Source: a virus
Reading direction: 5' to 3' (one strand)
DNA: 64,000 nucleotides
Virus record (IMG/VR): IMGVR_UViG_3300025138_000014
Span: 32,001-96,000 of that record
Both the position numbers and the translations under genes were made by a program. Below the pieces are notes generated by a model. That model was not told the origin of the DNA. It saw only the letters and a list, made by a program, of their open reading frames with translations, and searched no databases. Shown here in pieces: positions 46,865 through 55,876 of this stretch; the stretch's first letter is position 1; each line of letters begins with the position of its first letter.

Positions 46865-46884
46865 TAACCAATAAGGAGTGAATA

Positions 46885-47478
46885 ATGGCTAAAACTAAAA
46901 AGCGTAGTATTCACTATGTAAACAACAAAGACTTCTCATATGCTGTAGTTGACTATTGTACAGAACTAAAACAAGCAAAAGAAAATGAGTCTGCACTACC
47001 CATTGTTCCAGATTACATAGCTGAATGTTTCTTAAAAATTTCTGAAGGTCTTTCTCATAAGTCCAATTTTATCAGATACACATATCGTGAAGAAATGGTT
47101 ATGGATGCAGTTGAAAACTGTCTCAAAGCCATTGAGAATTATAATATCGAAGCTGCTACACGTACGGGTAAACCAAATGCTTTTGCATACTTTACTCAAA
47201 TTAGTTGGTATGCATTCCTCAGGAGAATTGCTAAAGAAAAACGGCAACAAGAAATTAAATTTAAATATATGGTTTCCTCTGGTATTGATGCTTTCTTGGA
47301 TACAAAAAATGGAGATGTTATATCAAATAGTGTCGCAACAAACTTTATTGATGGTCTTAAAGACAGAATTGAAAAGATTAAAGAAAAAGATGTTGTTGTA
47401 AAAGAACTTGTAAAAGCAGAGAAAAAGAAAAGAAGAACCAAGTCAGCAGACTCGGATTTGACAGATTTTATAAAATGA
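46885..47478 (+). CDS. gp55: Late-transcription sigma factor gp55
   Basis: HYVNNK; YIAECFLKI...LSHK.NF..YTYREEM..DA.ENC; NAFAYFTQI.WYAFLRRI.KEK. Confidence 0.95.
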   Translation: MAKTKKRSIHYVNNKDFSYAVVDYCTELKQAKENESALPIVPDYIAECFLKISEGLSHKSNFIRYTYREEMVMDAVENCLKAIENYNIEAATRTGKPNAFAYFTQISWYAFLRRIAKEKRQQEIKFKYMVSSGIDAFLDTKNGDVISNSVATNFIDGLKDRIEKIKEKDVVVKELVKAEKKKRRTKSADSDLTDFIK

Positions 47479-47487
47479 GAAATATAT

Positions 47488-48549
47488 ATGAAAATAGCTA
47501 TATTAAATGATACGCATGCAGGTATAAGAAATGCGAGTGAAATATTTTTAAACAATGCAGACAAATTCTACTCTGAACTATTCTTTCCATATTTATTAAA
47601 AAATGATATCAAACATATTGTCCATCTAGGAGATATATTTGATCAGAGAAAATTTGTTAACTTTAAAGTGATTAATAAATTCCGTAAATGCTTTCTCAGT
47701 AAGTTAAGAGAATACAAAATCACTATGGATGTTATCCCTGGTAATCACGATGTGTTTTTTAAGAACACAAATGATCTAAACAGCTTGAAAGAGTTACTAG
47801 GTCATTACATGAATGAAGTCAACATTGTTATGGAGCCTAAAGTATTAGAATATGGCTCATTAAAAATGGGCTTAATTCCGTGGATGAATCAAGAGAATAC
47901 TGATACAACTATGGAGTTTATCAGGACTTGTAAAGCAGATATTCTGGGCGGCCATTTTGAGTTTAATGGCTTTGATATGATGCGAGGGATTAAAAATAAT
48001 CACGGAATGGATCATAAACTCTTCAAGAGATTTGAAGCAGTTTATTCTGGACACTTCCATACAAAATCACAAATAGATAATGTAATGTATCTTGGTACTC
48101 AGATGGAATTTTTCTGGTCTGATGCTCATGATAGAAAACACTTTCATGTTCTTGATTCTGAGAGCAGAGAACTAACAGCTATTGAAAACCCGCATACTTT
48201 ATATGAAAAAATTATTTATGATGACAAAGATAGGTCTTACTCTGATTATCCAGTAGATCATTTAGATGAAAAGTTTGTAAAAATAGTTGTAATTAATAAG
48301 CAAGACCTCTTTACATTTGATCGTTTTGTTGATAGAATACAGAATAGGAATATACATGAACTAAAGATTGCAGAAAACTTTGAAGAGTTTGTTGGTAATA
48401 AAGTTGAAGATTCATCAATCTCGGTCGAAGATACTAGTGAATTATTAGATAGTTATATTGAAAGTGTAGATACCACATTGGATAAAGAATTATTGAAAGG
48501 TGAAATGAGAGCACTTCTTACTGAAGCGCAGTCTCTTGAAATTGCATGA
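47488..48549 (+). CDS. gp47: Recombination endonuclease gp47 (Mre11-like)
   Basis: DTH.G.RN; HLGD.FD; GNHD; SGHFH. Confidence 0.95.
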   Translation: MKIAILNDTHAGIRNASEIFLNNADKFYSELFFPYLLKNDIKHIVHLGDIFDQRKFVNFKVINKFRKCFLSKLREYKITMDVIPGNHDVFFKNTNDLNSLKELLGHYMNEVNIVMEPKVLEYGSLKMGLIPWMNQENTDTTMEFIRTCKADILGGHFEFNGFDMMRGIKNNHGMDHKLFKRFEAVYSGHFHTKSQIDNVMYLGTQMEFFWSDAHDRKHFHVLDSESRELTAIENPHTLYEKIIYDDKDRSYSDYPVDHLDEKFVKIVVINKQDLFTFDRFVDRIQNRNIHELKIAENFEEFVGNKVEDSSISVEDTSELLDSYIESVDTTLDKELLKGEMRALLTEAQSLEIA

Positions 48550-50258
48550 TTGTATTTAAATTATTACGATATAAAAACTTTCTCTCGACGGGTAACAGTT
48601 GGACGGAAGTTGATCTGAACCAGCATAGAACCACCTTAGTTATTGGTGATAATGGTTCTGGTAAATCAACTATGTTAGATGCTTTATCATTTACATTGTT
48701 TGGAAAACCACATAGAAATATTAACAAACATCAACTGGTCAATTCTATTAACAATAAAGATTGTGAAGTGGAAGTTACGTTTTCTGTTGGAATGAATGAG
48801 TTTAAAGTTTCTCGTGGAATTAAACCTGCCAAGTTTGAGATATTGAAAAACGGTGTTCTGATTAATCAAAACTCCCATGCTAAAGAGTACCAGAAAATTC
48901 TTGAGCAGAATATAATCAAATTAAATCATAAATCATTCCACCAGATTGTGGTACTTGGTTCATCTTCCTTTATTCCTTTCATGCAACTACCTGGCGGTCA
49001 CAGACGTGATGTGATTGAAGACCTATTAGACATTAACGTGTTCTCCAAGATGAATCATTTACTCAAAGAGAAAACAGCTATTGTAAAAAATAAACTACAA
49101 GACATTAAATACAATATTGAAATCTTGGATAACAAGATTAAAACTCAATCTAAATATATTAAAGATGTTAAAATATTAACGGAGTCAAACGTTGCCTCAA
49201 AACAATCGACGATTACGACCAATCAATCTGAGATCATTGCCTTACAGGAAGTCAACACATCCCTATCGGGCGAGGTTGATGGTAAAAATGATGAGGTGCA
49301 AAAAAGTCTTAAAAAGTACCACGACAAAAAACAAGCGCTCTTACAATACGGTGGGCAGTTCAAAACTCAAACCAACCAAATTACAAAAGAGGCTAAATTT
49401 TACGAAAACAATGAAGATTGCCCAACGTGTTCCCAAAATATTAGTTCAGAACTTAGAGAAACAAAGTTGGCAGCCTCTCGGTCTAAAGCCAAAGAATTGC
49501 AAACTGCAATGGGTAAGCTCGCTATCCAGCAAGCTGATATTGAAAAGAATATCGAACATGCAGGGATTGCACTTGAGGAACTTAGAGAAAAACAATCAAC
49601 TCTACATAGTAACAATACAGAAATTGATAGGCTACAAAAGCAGATACGAAGTATTGAAAAAGAGTTATCATCAACTGTTGTAGCAGATCTTGATGAAGCA
49701 AGACTTGAACTAGATGCTATGGAGGCAGATAAAAATACTTATCGTGAGGAAAGATTAAAGCAAAATGAGAAGTATAGCATCAATTCAGCAATGTCTGAAA
49801 TGCTTAAAGATACTGGTATTAAAACAAAAATTATTAAAGAGTATCTGCCAGTAATTAATAATCTGGTCAATCAATACTTACAAGTGCTTGACTTCTTTGT
49901 TCACTTTAATCTTGATGAAAGTTTCCAAGAAACTATTAGATCAAGACATAGAGATGCTTTCTCATATGATTCTTTCTCAGAAGGCGAGAAGCAAAGAATT
50001 GATCTATCCTTATTGTTTACCTGGAGAATGATTGCAAAGATGAAAAACTCAGTAGCAACTAATCTGCTACTATTAGATGAAACCTTTGACTCATCATTGG
50101 ATCACGAAGGTGTAGAAAATTTAATGAAAATTCTAAATACACTTGAAGAGGATACTAATGTGTTTGTTATCTCGCATAAAGGAGAGATACTAGACGGCAA
50201 GTTTGAGAACAAGATTGAATTTGTCAAAGAAAAGAATTTTAGCAAACTTGCTAAATAA
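48546..50258 (+). CDS. gp46: Recombination ATPase gp46 (Rad50-like)
   Basis: KNFLSTGN; GDNGSGKST; CPTC hook; FSEGEK; LLDE. Confidence 0.95.
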   Translation: MIVFKLLRYKNFLSTGNSWTEVDLNQHRTTLVIGDNGSGKSTMLDALSFTLFGKPHRNINKHQLVNSINNKDCEVEVTFSVGMNEFKVSRGIKPAKFEILKNGVLINQNSHAKEYQKILEQNIIKLNHKSFHQIVVLGSSSFIPFMQLPGGHRRDVIEDLLDINVFSKMNHLLKEKTAIVKNKLQDIKYNIEILDNKIKTQSKYIKDVKILTESNVASKQSTITTNQSEIIALQEVNTSLSGEVDGKNDEVQKSLKKYHDKKQALLQYGGQFKTQTNQITKEAKFYENNEDCPTCSQNISSELRETKLAASRSKAKELQTAMGKLAIQQADIEKNIEHAGIALEELREKQSTLHSNNTEIDRLQKQIRSIEKELSSTVVADLDEARLELDAMEADKNTYREERLKQNEKYSINSAMSEMLKDTGIKTKIIKEYLPVINNLVNQYLQVLDFFVHFNLDESFQETIRSRHRDAFSYDSFSEGEKQRIDLSLLFTWRMIAKMKNSVATNLLLLDETFDSSLDHEGVENLMKILNTLEEDTNVFVISHKGEILDGKFENKIEFVKEKNFSKLAK

Positions 50259-50261
50259 TGG

Positions 50262-50290
50262 TTTACAATCTCTTCGGATTGTACTATAAT
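50262..50290 (+). promoter_or_regulatory. Sigma70-type promoter for the gp45 operon
   Basis: TTTACA-N17-TATAAT. Confidence 0.85.
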
Positions 50291-50319
50291 TATTATATTA
50301 TCAAAAATTGGAGTATATT

Positions 50320-50994
50320 ATGCAACTAACAGAAACCACTTTATCTGTTCTAAAAAATTATGCCACAATCAATTCAAATATTGTTATTGATCAAGGCTCT
50401 AAACTTAATACAATCTCAGAAGCTAAAAATGTTATGGCTTCTGTTAATGTCAAAGAAGAATTTCCTAAGAAATTCGGTATCTATGATCTAAATGAATTTC
50501 TCGGTGTTCTTGGCTTGGTAGATGAACCAAACCTAGATTTTACTGATGAATATGTAACAGTCAGCGACTCATCTGGTAGATCAAAAGTTAAGTATTTTTT
50601 CTCAAGTCCTGAAATCTTAACTCAACCTACAAAGACTGTTACTATGCCAGCAGCTGATGTTACCTTTGATCTGGACACAGATACTTTAATGCGTGTTAAA
50701 CGTGCTGCTACAGCACTCGGACATAATGAAGTATCTATTTCTGGAAAAGAAGGTGTAATCACTATTAATGTTGTAGATAATAAAAACTCAACATCAAATG
50801 TTTATTCCATTGATATTGCCGGTGAGTTTGAAATGGAAGAATTTAAGTTTGTCCTTAACATTTCTAATCTAAAAATTATGCCTGGAGACTATGAAGTCAA
50901 GATTTCATCCAAGCTGATTTCAGAATTTACAAATAAAGAAACAGATGCGCAATACTGGATTGCTCTCGAAAAGACATCATCAACAGGAGTATAA
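50320..50994 (+). CDS. gp45: Sliding clamp gp45
   Basis: LKNYATINSNI; FGIYDLNEFL; YWIALE. Confidence 0.93.
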   Translation: MQLTETTLSVLKNYATINSNIVIDQGSKLNTISEAKNVMASVNVKEEFPKKFGIYDLNEFLGVLGLVDEPNLDFTDEYVTVSDSSGRSKVKYFFSSPEILTQPTKTVTMPAADVTFDLDTDTLMRVKRAATALGHNEVSISGKEGVITINVVDNKNSTSNVYSIDIAGEFEMEEFKFVLNISNLKIMPGDYEVKISSKLISEFTNKETDAQYWIALEKTSSTGV

Positions 50995-51246
50995 ATGATG
51001 AATAAGAAGAATACAAATACACCACCTATGAGTCAGCCACAACTAAATGAAATGGCTCAAGCTAACAGTGATATGGATGCAGCTTATGCTTTGATGGCTC
51101 AGATGGGCCGAAGCACAATTGCAGTCATTGATGCTATTGTACAACGAGGTGGTTTCAGAGGAGAAGAACTTTCAACAATCGGAGGGCTACGTGATCAATG
51201 TATTCAGGCTATTTCAATGTCTGAAGCATACGAACAAAAAGACTAA
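50995..51246 (+). CDS. Hypothetical protein
   Basis: ORF packed between gp45 and gp44 (ID..VQRG.F.GEEL). Confidence 0.65.
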   Translation: MMNKKNTNTPPMSQPQLNEMAQANSDMDAAYALMAQMGRSTIAVIDAIVQRGGFRGEELSTIGGLRDQCIQAISMSEAYEQKD

Positions 51247-51270
51247 ACTGAAACTAAGGAATATTATATA

Positions 51271-52224
51271 ATGGATTTGAGTACACGTGAGAATGAATTC
51301 CTATGGTGTGAAAAGTATCGGCCCCAAAAGGTATCAGATTGTATCTTGCCTGAGGGGCTGAAAAATACCTTTGAAACACTTGTTAAAAAAGGTGAAATTC
51401 CAAACATGCTATTCACCGGCACAGCAGGTCTTGGTAAAACTACAGTAGCAAAAGCTATTTGTAATGAACTGGACCTAGACTATATACTGATTAACGGATC
51501 CGAAGAGGGTAACATTGATACGCTCCGTGGAAAGATTAAGCAGTTTGCATCTTCAATCAGCCTTCAAGGTGGTTATAAAGTTGTTATCCTAGATGAAGCG
51601 GACTATCTAAATCCGCAGAGTACACAACCAGCACTACGTGGTTTCATTGAAGAATTTTCTAATAATTGTAGATTTATTTTAACCTGCAATTTTAAAAATC
51701 GTATTATTGAACCTTTACATTCCAGATGTGGTGTGTATGAGTTTAATACTACCAAGAAAGAAATGGCCAAGTTATGCGAGAATTTCTTTTTCCGTTTCCG
51801 GCAGATATTGGAAAACGAGTATGTCGGATTTGAACAAAAAGATGCCGCCGATCTTATTGTCAAATATGCACCGGATTGGCGACGGGTACTTAACGAAGCC
51901 CAGCGTTCTGGAGTTAATGGCCAATTGGTCCTTAGCAGTCGGGTGGTGGGCAATAGTGATCAGTATAATCTTCTGTTTCAATTGTTAAAAGCAAAAGATT
52001 TTAAAAAGATGCGCACATGGGTAGTTAATAATATGGATGTAGATGCAGCCGCTATCTTCCGTGGTATATATGATAATATGCAGACAAGTGTTTCACAGGG
52101 TTCTATACCTCAGCTTGTTCTTATTCTAGCAGACTACCAATATAAGAATGCCTTTGTAGCAGATCACGAATTAAATATTGTGGCATGTTGTACAGAAATC
52201 ATGGCTAACGTGGAGTTCACATGA
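51271..52224 (+). CDS. gp44: Clamp loader large subunit gp44
   Basis: LWCEKYRP; GTAGLGKTT; ILDEAD; PLHSRC. Confidence 0.95.
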   Translation: MDLSTRENEFLWCEKYRPQKVSDCILPEGLKNTFETLVKKGEIPNMLFTGTAGLGKTTVAKAICNELDLDYILINGSEEGNIDTLRGKIKQFASSISLQGGYKVVILDEADYLNPQSTQPALRGFIEEFSNNCRFILTCNFKNRIIEPLHSRCGVYEFNTTKKEMAKLCENFFFRFRQILENEYVGFEQKDAADLIVKYAPDWRRVLNEAQRSGVNGQLVLSSRVVGNSDQYNLLFQLLKAKDFKKMRTWVVNNMDVDAAAIFRGIYDNMQTSVSQGSIPQLVLILADYQYKNAFVADHELNIVACCTEIMANVEFT

Positions 52225-53324
52225 GAATTGATCCAGATACAAAACTAGACTATAAAGATGTGTTATTAAGTCCTAAGAGGTCTACACTAACAAGTCGCAA
52301 TGAAGTAGACCTACGGCGTGAATTTTCATTTAGGTCAACTTCAGCCCAATATTTTGGCGTACCAATTATAGCAGCTAATATGGACGGCGTTGGTACTTTT
52401 GAAATGTCTGATAAACTTGGATCAAGAGGTTTATTCACTTGTCTTAATAAAAATTATAATGTAATGGAATACGTTGCTTATTTTGATGATCCAGATATGC
52501 CATTAGATCGTAAAGAATTTTCAGCATATACAATGGGTATTAGCGATAAAGATATGGCTGACTTCCTTAGTGTATATGAAATGTGCGATGGCAATATTAA
52601 ATATGTTTGCGTGGATGTAGCTAACGGCTACACACAAAGATTTATTACATTTGTTAAAGAATTAAAGAGATATTTTCCAACCCTAATTATTATTGCTGGT
52701 AATGTTGTTACAGCAAATCAAACAGAGGAGTTAATTTTAAATGGAGCCGATATCGTTAAAATTGGGATTGGTCCTGGTTCTGTTTGTACTACTCGCTTAC
52801 AGACTGGCGTTGGTTACCCTCAGCTTTCTGCAGTTATCGAGTGCGCTGATGCTGCTCATGGTTTGGGTGGGCATATCATTGCTGATGGTGGTTGCAACAC
52901 TCCAGCTGATGTAGTAAAAGCATTTGCAGGTGGAGCTGATTTTGTTATGCTTGGAGGTATGCTATCTGGTCACGATGAAGGCGGCGGAGAAGTTATTACC
53001 AAAGTCTATGAAACAAATGAAGTTACTCTCATGGCTGACGGTTTTTATGATTCAGTATATGAAGAAAAGAACTTTGTAAAATTTTATGGAATGAGTTCAG
53101 ATACTGCTAATGTTAAACACAACGGTGGGCTTAAAGATTATCGTAGTTCAGAAGGCCGTGAAGTTTTAGTTCCTTATCGAGGTCTTGTAGATGATACACT
53201 TCAAGATATTCTTGGTGGACTTAGAAGTGCGTGTACTTATGTTGGAGCAGAACAAATAAAAAATCTAAGTAAATGTACTACATTTATTCGTTGTAATGAT
53301 ACTCATAATAGGGTTTACGAATGA
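52221..53324 (+). CDS. guaC: GMP reductase
   Basis: KLDYKDVLL.PKRSTL.SR; AANMDGVGTFEM; DVANGY; GIGPGSVCTTR; FYGMSS; YRSSEGR. Confidence 0.9.
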   Translation: MRIDPDTKLDYKDVLLSPKRSTLTSRNEVDLRREFSFRSTSAQYFGVPIIAANMDGVGTFEMSDKLGSRGLFTCLNKNYNVMEYVAYFDDPDMPLDRKEFSAYTMGISDKDMADFLSVYEMCDGNIKYVCVDVANGYTQRFITFVKELKRYFPTLIIIAGNVVTANQTEELILNGADIVKIGIGPGSVCTTRLQTGVGYPQLSAVIECADAAHGLGGHIIADGGCNTPADVVKAFAGGADFVMLGGMLSGHDEGGGEVITKVYETNEVTLMADGFYDSVYEEKNFVKFYGMSSDTANVKHNGGLKDYRSSEGREVLVPYRGLVDDTLQDILGGLRSACTYVGAEQIKNLSKCTTFIRCNDTHNRVYE

Positions 53325-53587
53325 TAAAAAATCTGTTATTATATACAAAAGACAACTGCATCTATTGCCACTTTCTAAAAGAAAAGTTAGATGACTGGGA
53401 ATTTAAATATGATGTAGTACATAATGTTGGCTTACCTGCCGATCATAAAACTTATCCACAATTGTATTATGAAGGTATAGATGTTCAAAGAGGTTCTTCT
53501 ACTGATCTAACAAGAGATGATCTAATGAATAGAATTGAAAGAATAGAATGGCCAAATATGGATAGCGGAGTAGAAGGTAAATTATGA
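53321..53587 (+). CDS. Glutaredoxin-like protein
   Basis: YTKDNCIYC; TYPQ. Confidence 0.8.
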   Translation: MIKNLLLYTKDNCIYCHFLKEKLDDWEFKYDVVHNVGLPADHKTYPQLYYEGIDVQRGSSTDLTRDDLMNRIERIEWPNMDSGVEGKL

Positions 53588-53973
53588 GTATAAGTCCTTT
53601 TGATTTTTTAAATACAATCAATTCTAGTAAAAAAGATATTATGGTAGATGACTTAGCAGAAAAAGCATATGCTCCTTTTGTTATCAATCGCACTCTATCA
53701 TACTTTCCAGATACTGTTGGAATTGCAAATGAGATGAACCGATATCATCATATAGATAAAAAGCTACAATATCACTTTCTTATAAATATAGTTAGAAAAA
53801 GAAAGCGTTTTTCTAAATGGGCCAAGGCTCAAAAAGATAGTGATATTGATGCAGTTAAGACATATTATGGGTATAGTAATGAAAAAGCCCGTCAAGCCTT
53901 AACTCTATTATCACCTGAACAAATACAGATAATAATAGAGAAGGTGAGTAAAGGTGGAAAAAGAAGAAAATAA
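53584..53973 (+). CDS. gp62: Clamp loader small subunit gp62
   Basis: PF.INR.LS...D; RKRKRFSKW; YYGYS.EKA..AL. Confidence 0.92.
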   Translation: MSISPFDFLNTINSSKKDIMVDDLAEKAYAPFVINRTLSYFPDTVGIANEMNRYHHIDKKLQYHFLINIVRKRKRFSKWAKAQKDSDIDAVKTYYGYSNEKARQALTLLSPEQIQIIIEKVSKGGKRRK

Positions 53974-54370
53974 AATTATACAGTGGTCTCCGCAAACTAT
54001 GCTTGAGATTACATTAAATGAACCCGATGACTTTCTCAAAGTAAGAGAAACTTTAACACGTATCGGTGTTGCATCCCGAAAAGATAATAAATTATACCAA
54101 TCGTGCCATATCTTGCATAAACAAGGAAGATATTTTATAGTGCACTTTAAAGAATTGTTCCTTTTAGATGGAAAGAAGTCCAACCTAGATGAGAATGATA
54201 TATCAAGACGAAACACAATTGCAACTCTTATGTCTGATTGGGGTTTGGTTACAATGGAAACTAGAGGACAAACTCTCAGTTTAGCACCATTGAGACAAAT
54301 TAAAATTATACCATTTAAAGAGAAATCAAATTGGCAACTGTGTCCAAAATATAATATAGGAAATAAATAA
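53954..54370 (+). CDS. regA: Translational repressor RegA
   Basis: DDFLKVRETLTRIG; LYQSCHILHKQGRY.IVHFKELF. Confidence 0.95.
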   Translation: MEKEENKIIQWSPQTMLEITLNEPDDFLKVRETLTRIGVASRKDNKLYQSCHILHKQGRYFIVHFKELFLLDGKKSNLDENDISRRNTIATLMSDWGLVTMETRGQTLSLAPLRQIKIIPFKEKSNWQLCPKYNIGNK

Positions 54371-54410
54371 CAGCTATTCCATAACCGACTAGCTAAAAAT
54401 TAATAACTTG

Positions 54411-54418
54411 TATAAATA
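54411..54418 (+). promoter_or_regulatory. T4-type late promoter for the hsp20-atpE cassette
   Basis: Intergenic TATAAATA. Confidence 0.75.
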
Positions 54419-54421
54419 GAC

Positions 54422-54481
54422 TTGTAGAGCGGATAATCCGGCTACAATTTAATCTTGCTTGCTCAAAAGGAGATAACAATG
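54422..54481 (+). promoter_or_regulatory. ROSE-like RNA thermometer in the hsp20 5' UTR
   Basis: Two hairpins; in the 3' one AUCUUGCUU pairs with AAGGAGAU (SD) with a bulged G. Confidence 0.7.
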
Positions 54482-54937
54482 ACAGGCTTACACACACTCT
54501 TCCCTCGCTCATCTTTTGTAGGATTTGATCATCTATTCAACGAACTAGAATGGACGGCAAAACATGCTCAGGATCATTACCCACCCCACAATATTATTAA
54601 GACAGATGAATCAGAATATTTGATTGAACTTGCTATTGCTGGGTTTTCCAAAGATGAAATTAACGTTGAAGTTAAAGATAGAACTTTGACTGTTAAAGGG
54701 GAACATATTTCTAAAGGTCGTGACTTTATTCATCGTGGTATTTCTACGAAGAAATTTAAGCGCACTTTTCGGCTGTCTGAACATGTAAATGTAAACGGAG
54801 CAGATATTCAAGACGGTATTCTGGCAATTCAGTTGCAGTATATTATCCCAGAAGAAATGCGTCCTCGTAAAATCAATATTGGTCAAACGAGGAATTCAAA
54901 TGACACAGACAAAGAACTACTTAACGAAGGCCGTTAA
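54479..54937 (+). CDS. Small heat-shock protein Hsp20 (IbpA-like)
   Basis: GFD.LF; YPPHNI; IELA.AGF; HRGIS...F.RTF.L; DGIL.I.L. Confidence 0.92.
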   Translation: MTGLHTLFPRSSFVGFDHLFNELEWTAKHAQDHYPPHNIIKTDESEYLIELAIAGFSKDEINVEVKDRTLTVKGEHISKGRDFIHRGISTKKFKRTFRLSEHVNVNGADIQDGILAIQLQYIIPEEMRPRKINIGQTRNSNDTDKELLNEGR

Positions 54938-55184
54938 GTTACCACTCAACATACTAAAATCAATTTGGAACGGCATTAAATTAAGTGCTGATATCCGTCA
55001 AACACGAGGTGAACTTTCAAAACTAAATGATGCTGAGTTAAGAGACATCGGTATAACTAGAGGTGATATTGAAGCGATAGCAAGAGGCGATGCTGATTTA
55101 CTACGTTCCGCAGTAAGGAATAAATTTTATTTACCAGATGGTCCTATAAGTTATGTTAATCCTAATTTAAAAGGATGGAGCTAA
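54900..55184 (+). CDS. DUF1127 (YjiS-like) protein
   Basis: RQTRGELSKLNDAELRDIGITRGDI. Confidence 0.8.
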   Translation: MTQTKNYLTKAVKLPLNILKSIWNGIKLSADIRQTRGELSKLNDAELRDIGITRGDIEAIARGDADLLRSAVRNKFYLPDGPISYVNPNLKGWS

Positions 55185-55366
55185 TGACAGCTATCAATAC
55201 AAACATATCTTTCTCTTCGCCATTATCGGACTTGTGGTTAGCATTCGAACGTTGGTTCCAGATAGTGGGATACAGCCGAGCGGCAGCGGAGTTGGCAAGA
55301 CATGGTCAATTAGAAGCAGCCAAAATGTGCATGATGGAAGTGAAAAGAGTACGTAATGGAAGGTGA
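55184..55366 (+). CDS. Small hypothetical protein
   Basis: TAATG coupling; [13 protein letters not shown] motif. Confidence 0.6.
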   Translation: MTAINTNISFSSPLSDLWLAFERWFQIVGYSRAAAELARHGQLEAAKMCMMEVKRVRNGR

Positions 55367-55577
55367 TATCGCAACAATGGGCGCTCTAATTGGCGCTGGA
55401 CTAGCAACGTTCGGAATGGGTGGCGCCGCCATCGCAGTAGGAATGATTGTTGGTAGTGTACTTAAAGTTATGCCCAAGAAGCCTGACTCTGGTACTATGT
55501 TTGTTGGTATTGCTTTTGCAGAAGCATTAGGCATCTTTGCCTTTCTAACAGCATTGTTACTTATGTTCGCAGTCTAA
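55356..55577 (+). CDS. atpE: F0 ATP synthase subunit c homolog with an altered loop
   Basis: Two TM helices; IGAGLA...; [11 protein letters not shown] with the proton-binding Glu; ends LLLMFAV. Confidence 0.85.
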   Translation: MEGDIATMGALIGAGLATFGMGGAAIAVGMIVGSVLKVMPKKPDSGTMFVGIAFAEALGIFAFLTALLLMFAV

Positions 55578-55789
55578 TGGCTGAGAATCATTTTAGTGCA
55601 GAAGTGGTACAACGCATAGGCTTTTACTCTTTTGCAACAATGTCTTCATTAATAGTAATATGTATTGCCTTTGGGTTTTATGCAGTATTACAAAAATTTA
55701 ATGAACCAAGTTGGAAAGAGGCATGTATTACCAATGGCGGAGTTCCCGTCCAGATTGCAAAGTCAACATTCGACTGTAAAGTCATATAA
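55577..55789 (+). CDS. Small membrane protein
   Basis: TAATG coupling; one TM helix, then C...GG...C. Confidence 0.6.
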   Translation: MAENHFSAEVVQRIGFYSFATMSSLIVICIAFGFYAVLQKFNEPSWKEACITNGGVPVQIAKSTFDCKVI

Positions 55790-55793
55790 AATA

Positions 55794-55817
55794 AAAAGAG
55801 GGCTTCGGCCCTCTTTT
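55794..55817 (+). terminator. Rho-independent (possibly bidirectional) terminator
   Basis: AAAAGAGGG-cttcgg-CCCTCTTTT. Confidence 0.85.
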
Positions 55818-55821
55818 GCTA

Positions 55822-55850
55822 TTTACAACACCGTCATAATAGTTTATAAT
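55822..55850 (+). promoter_or_regulatory. Sigma70-type promoter for gp43
   Basis: TTTACA-N17-TATAAT. Confidence 0.85.
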
Positions 55851-55876
55851 GATTATATCATAACGGAGTAATAATA

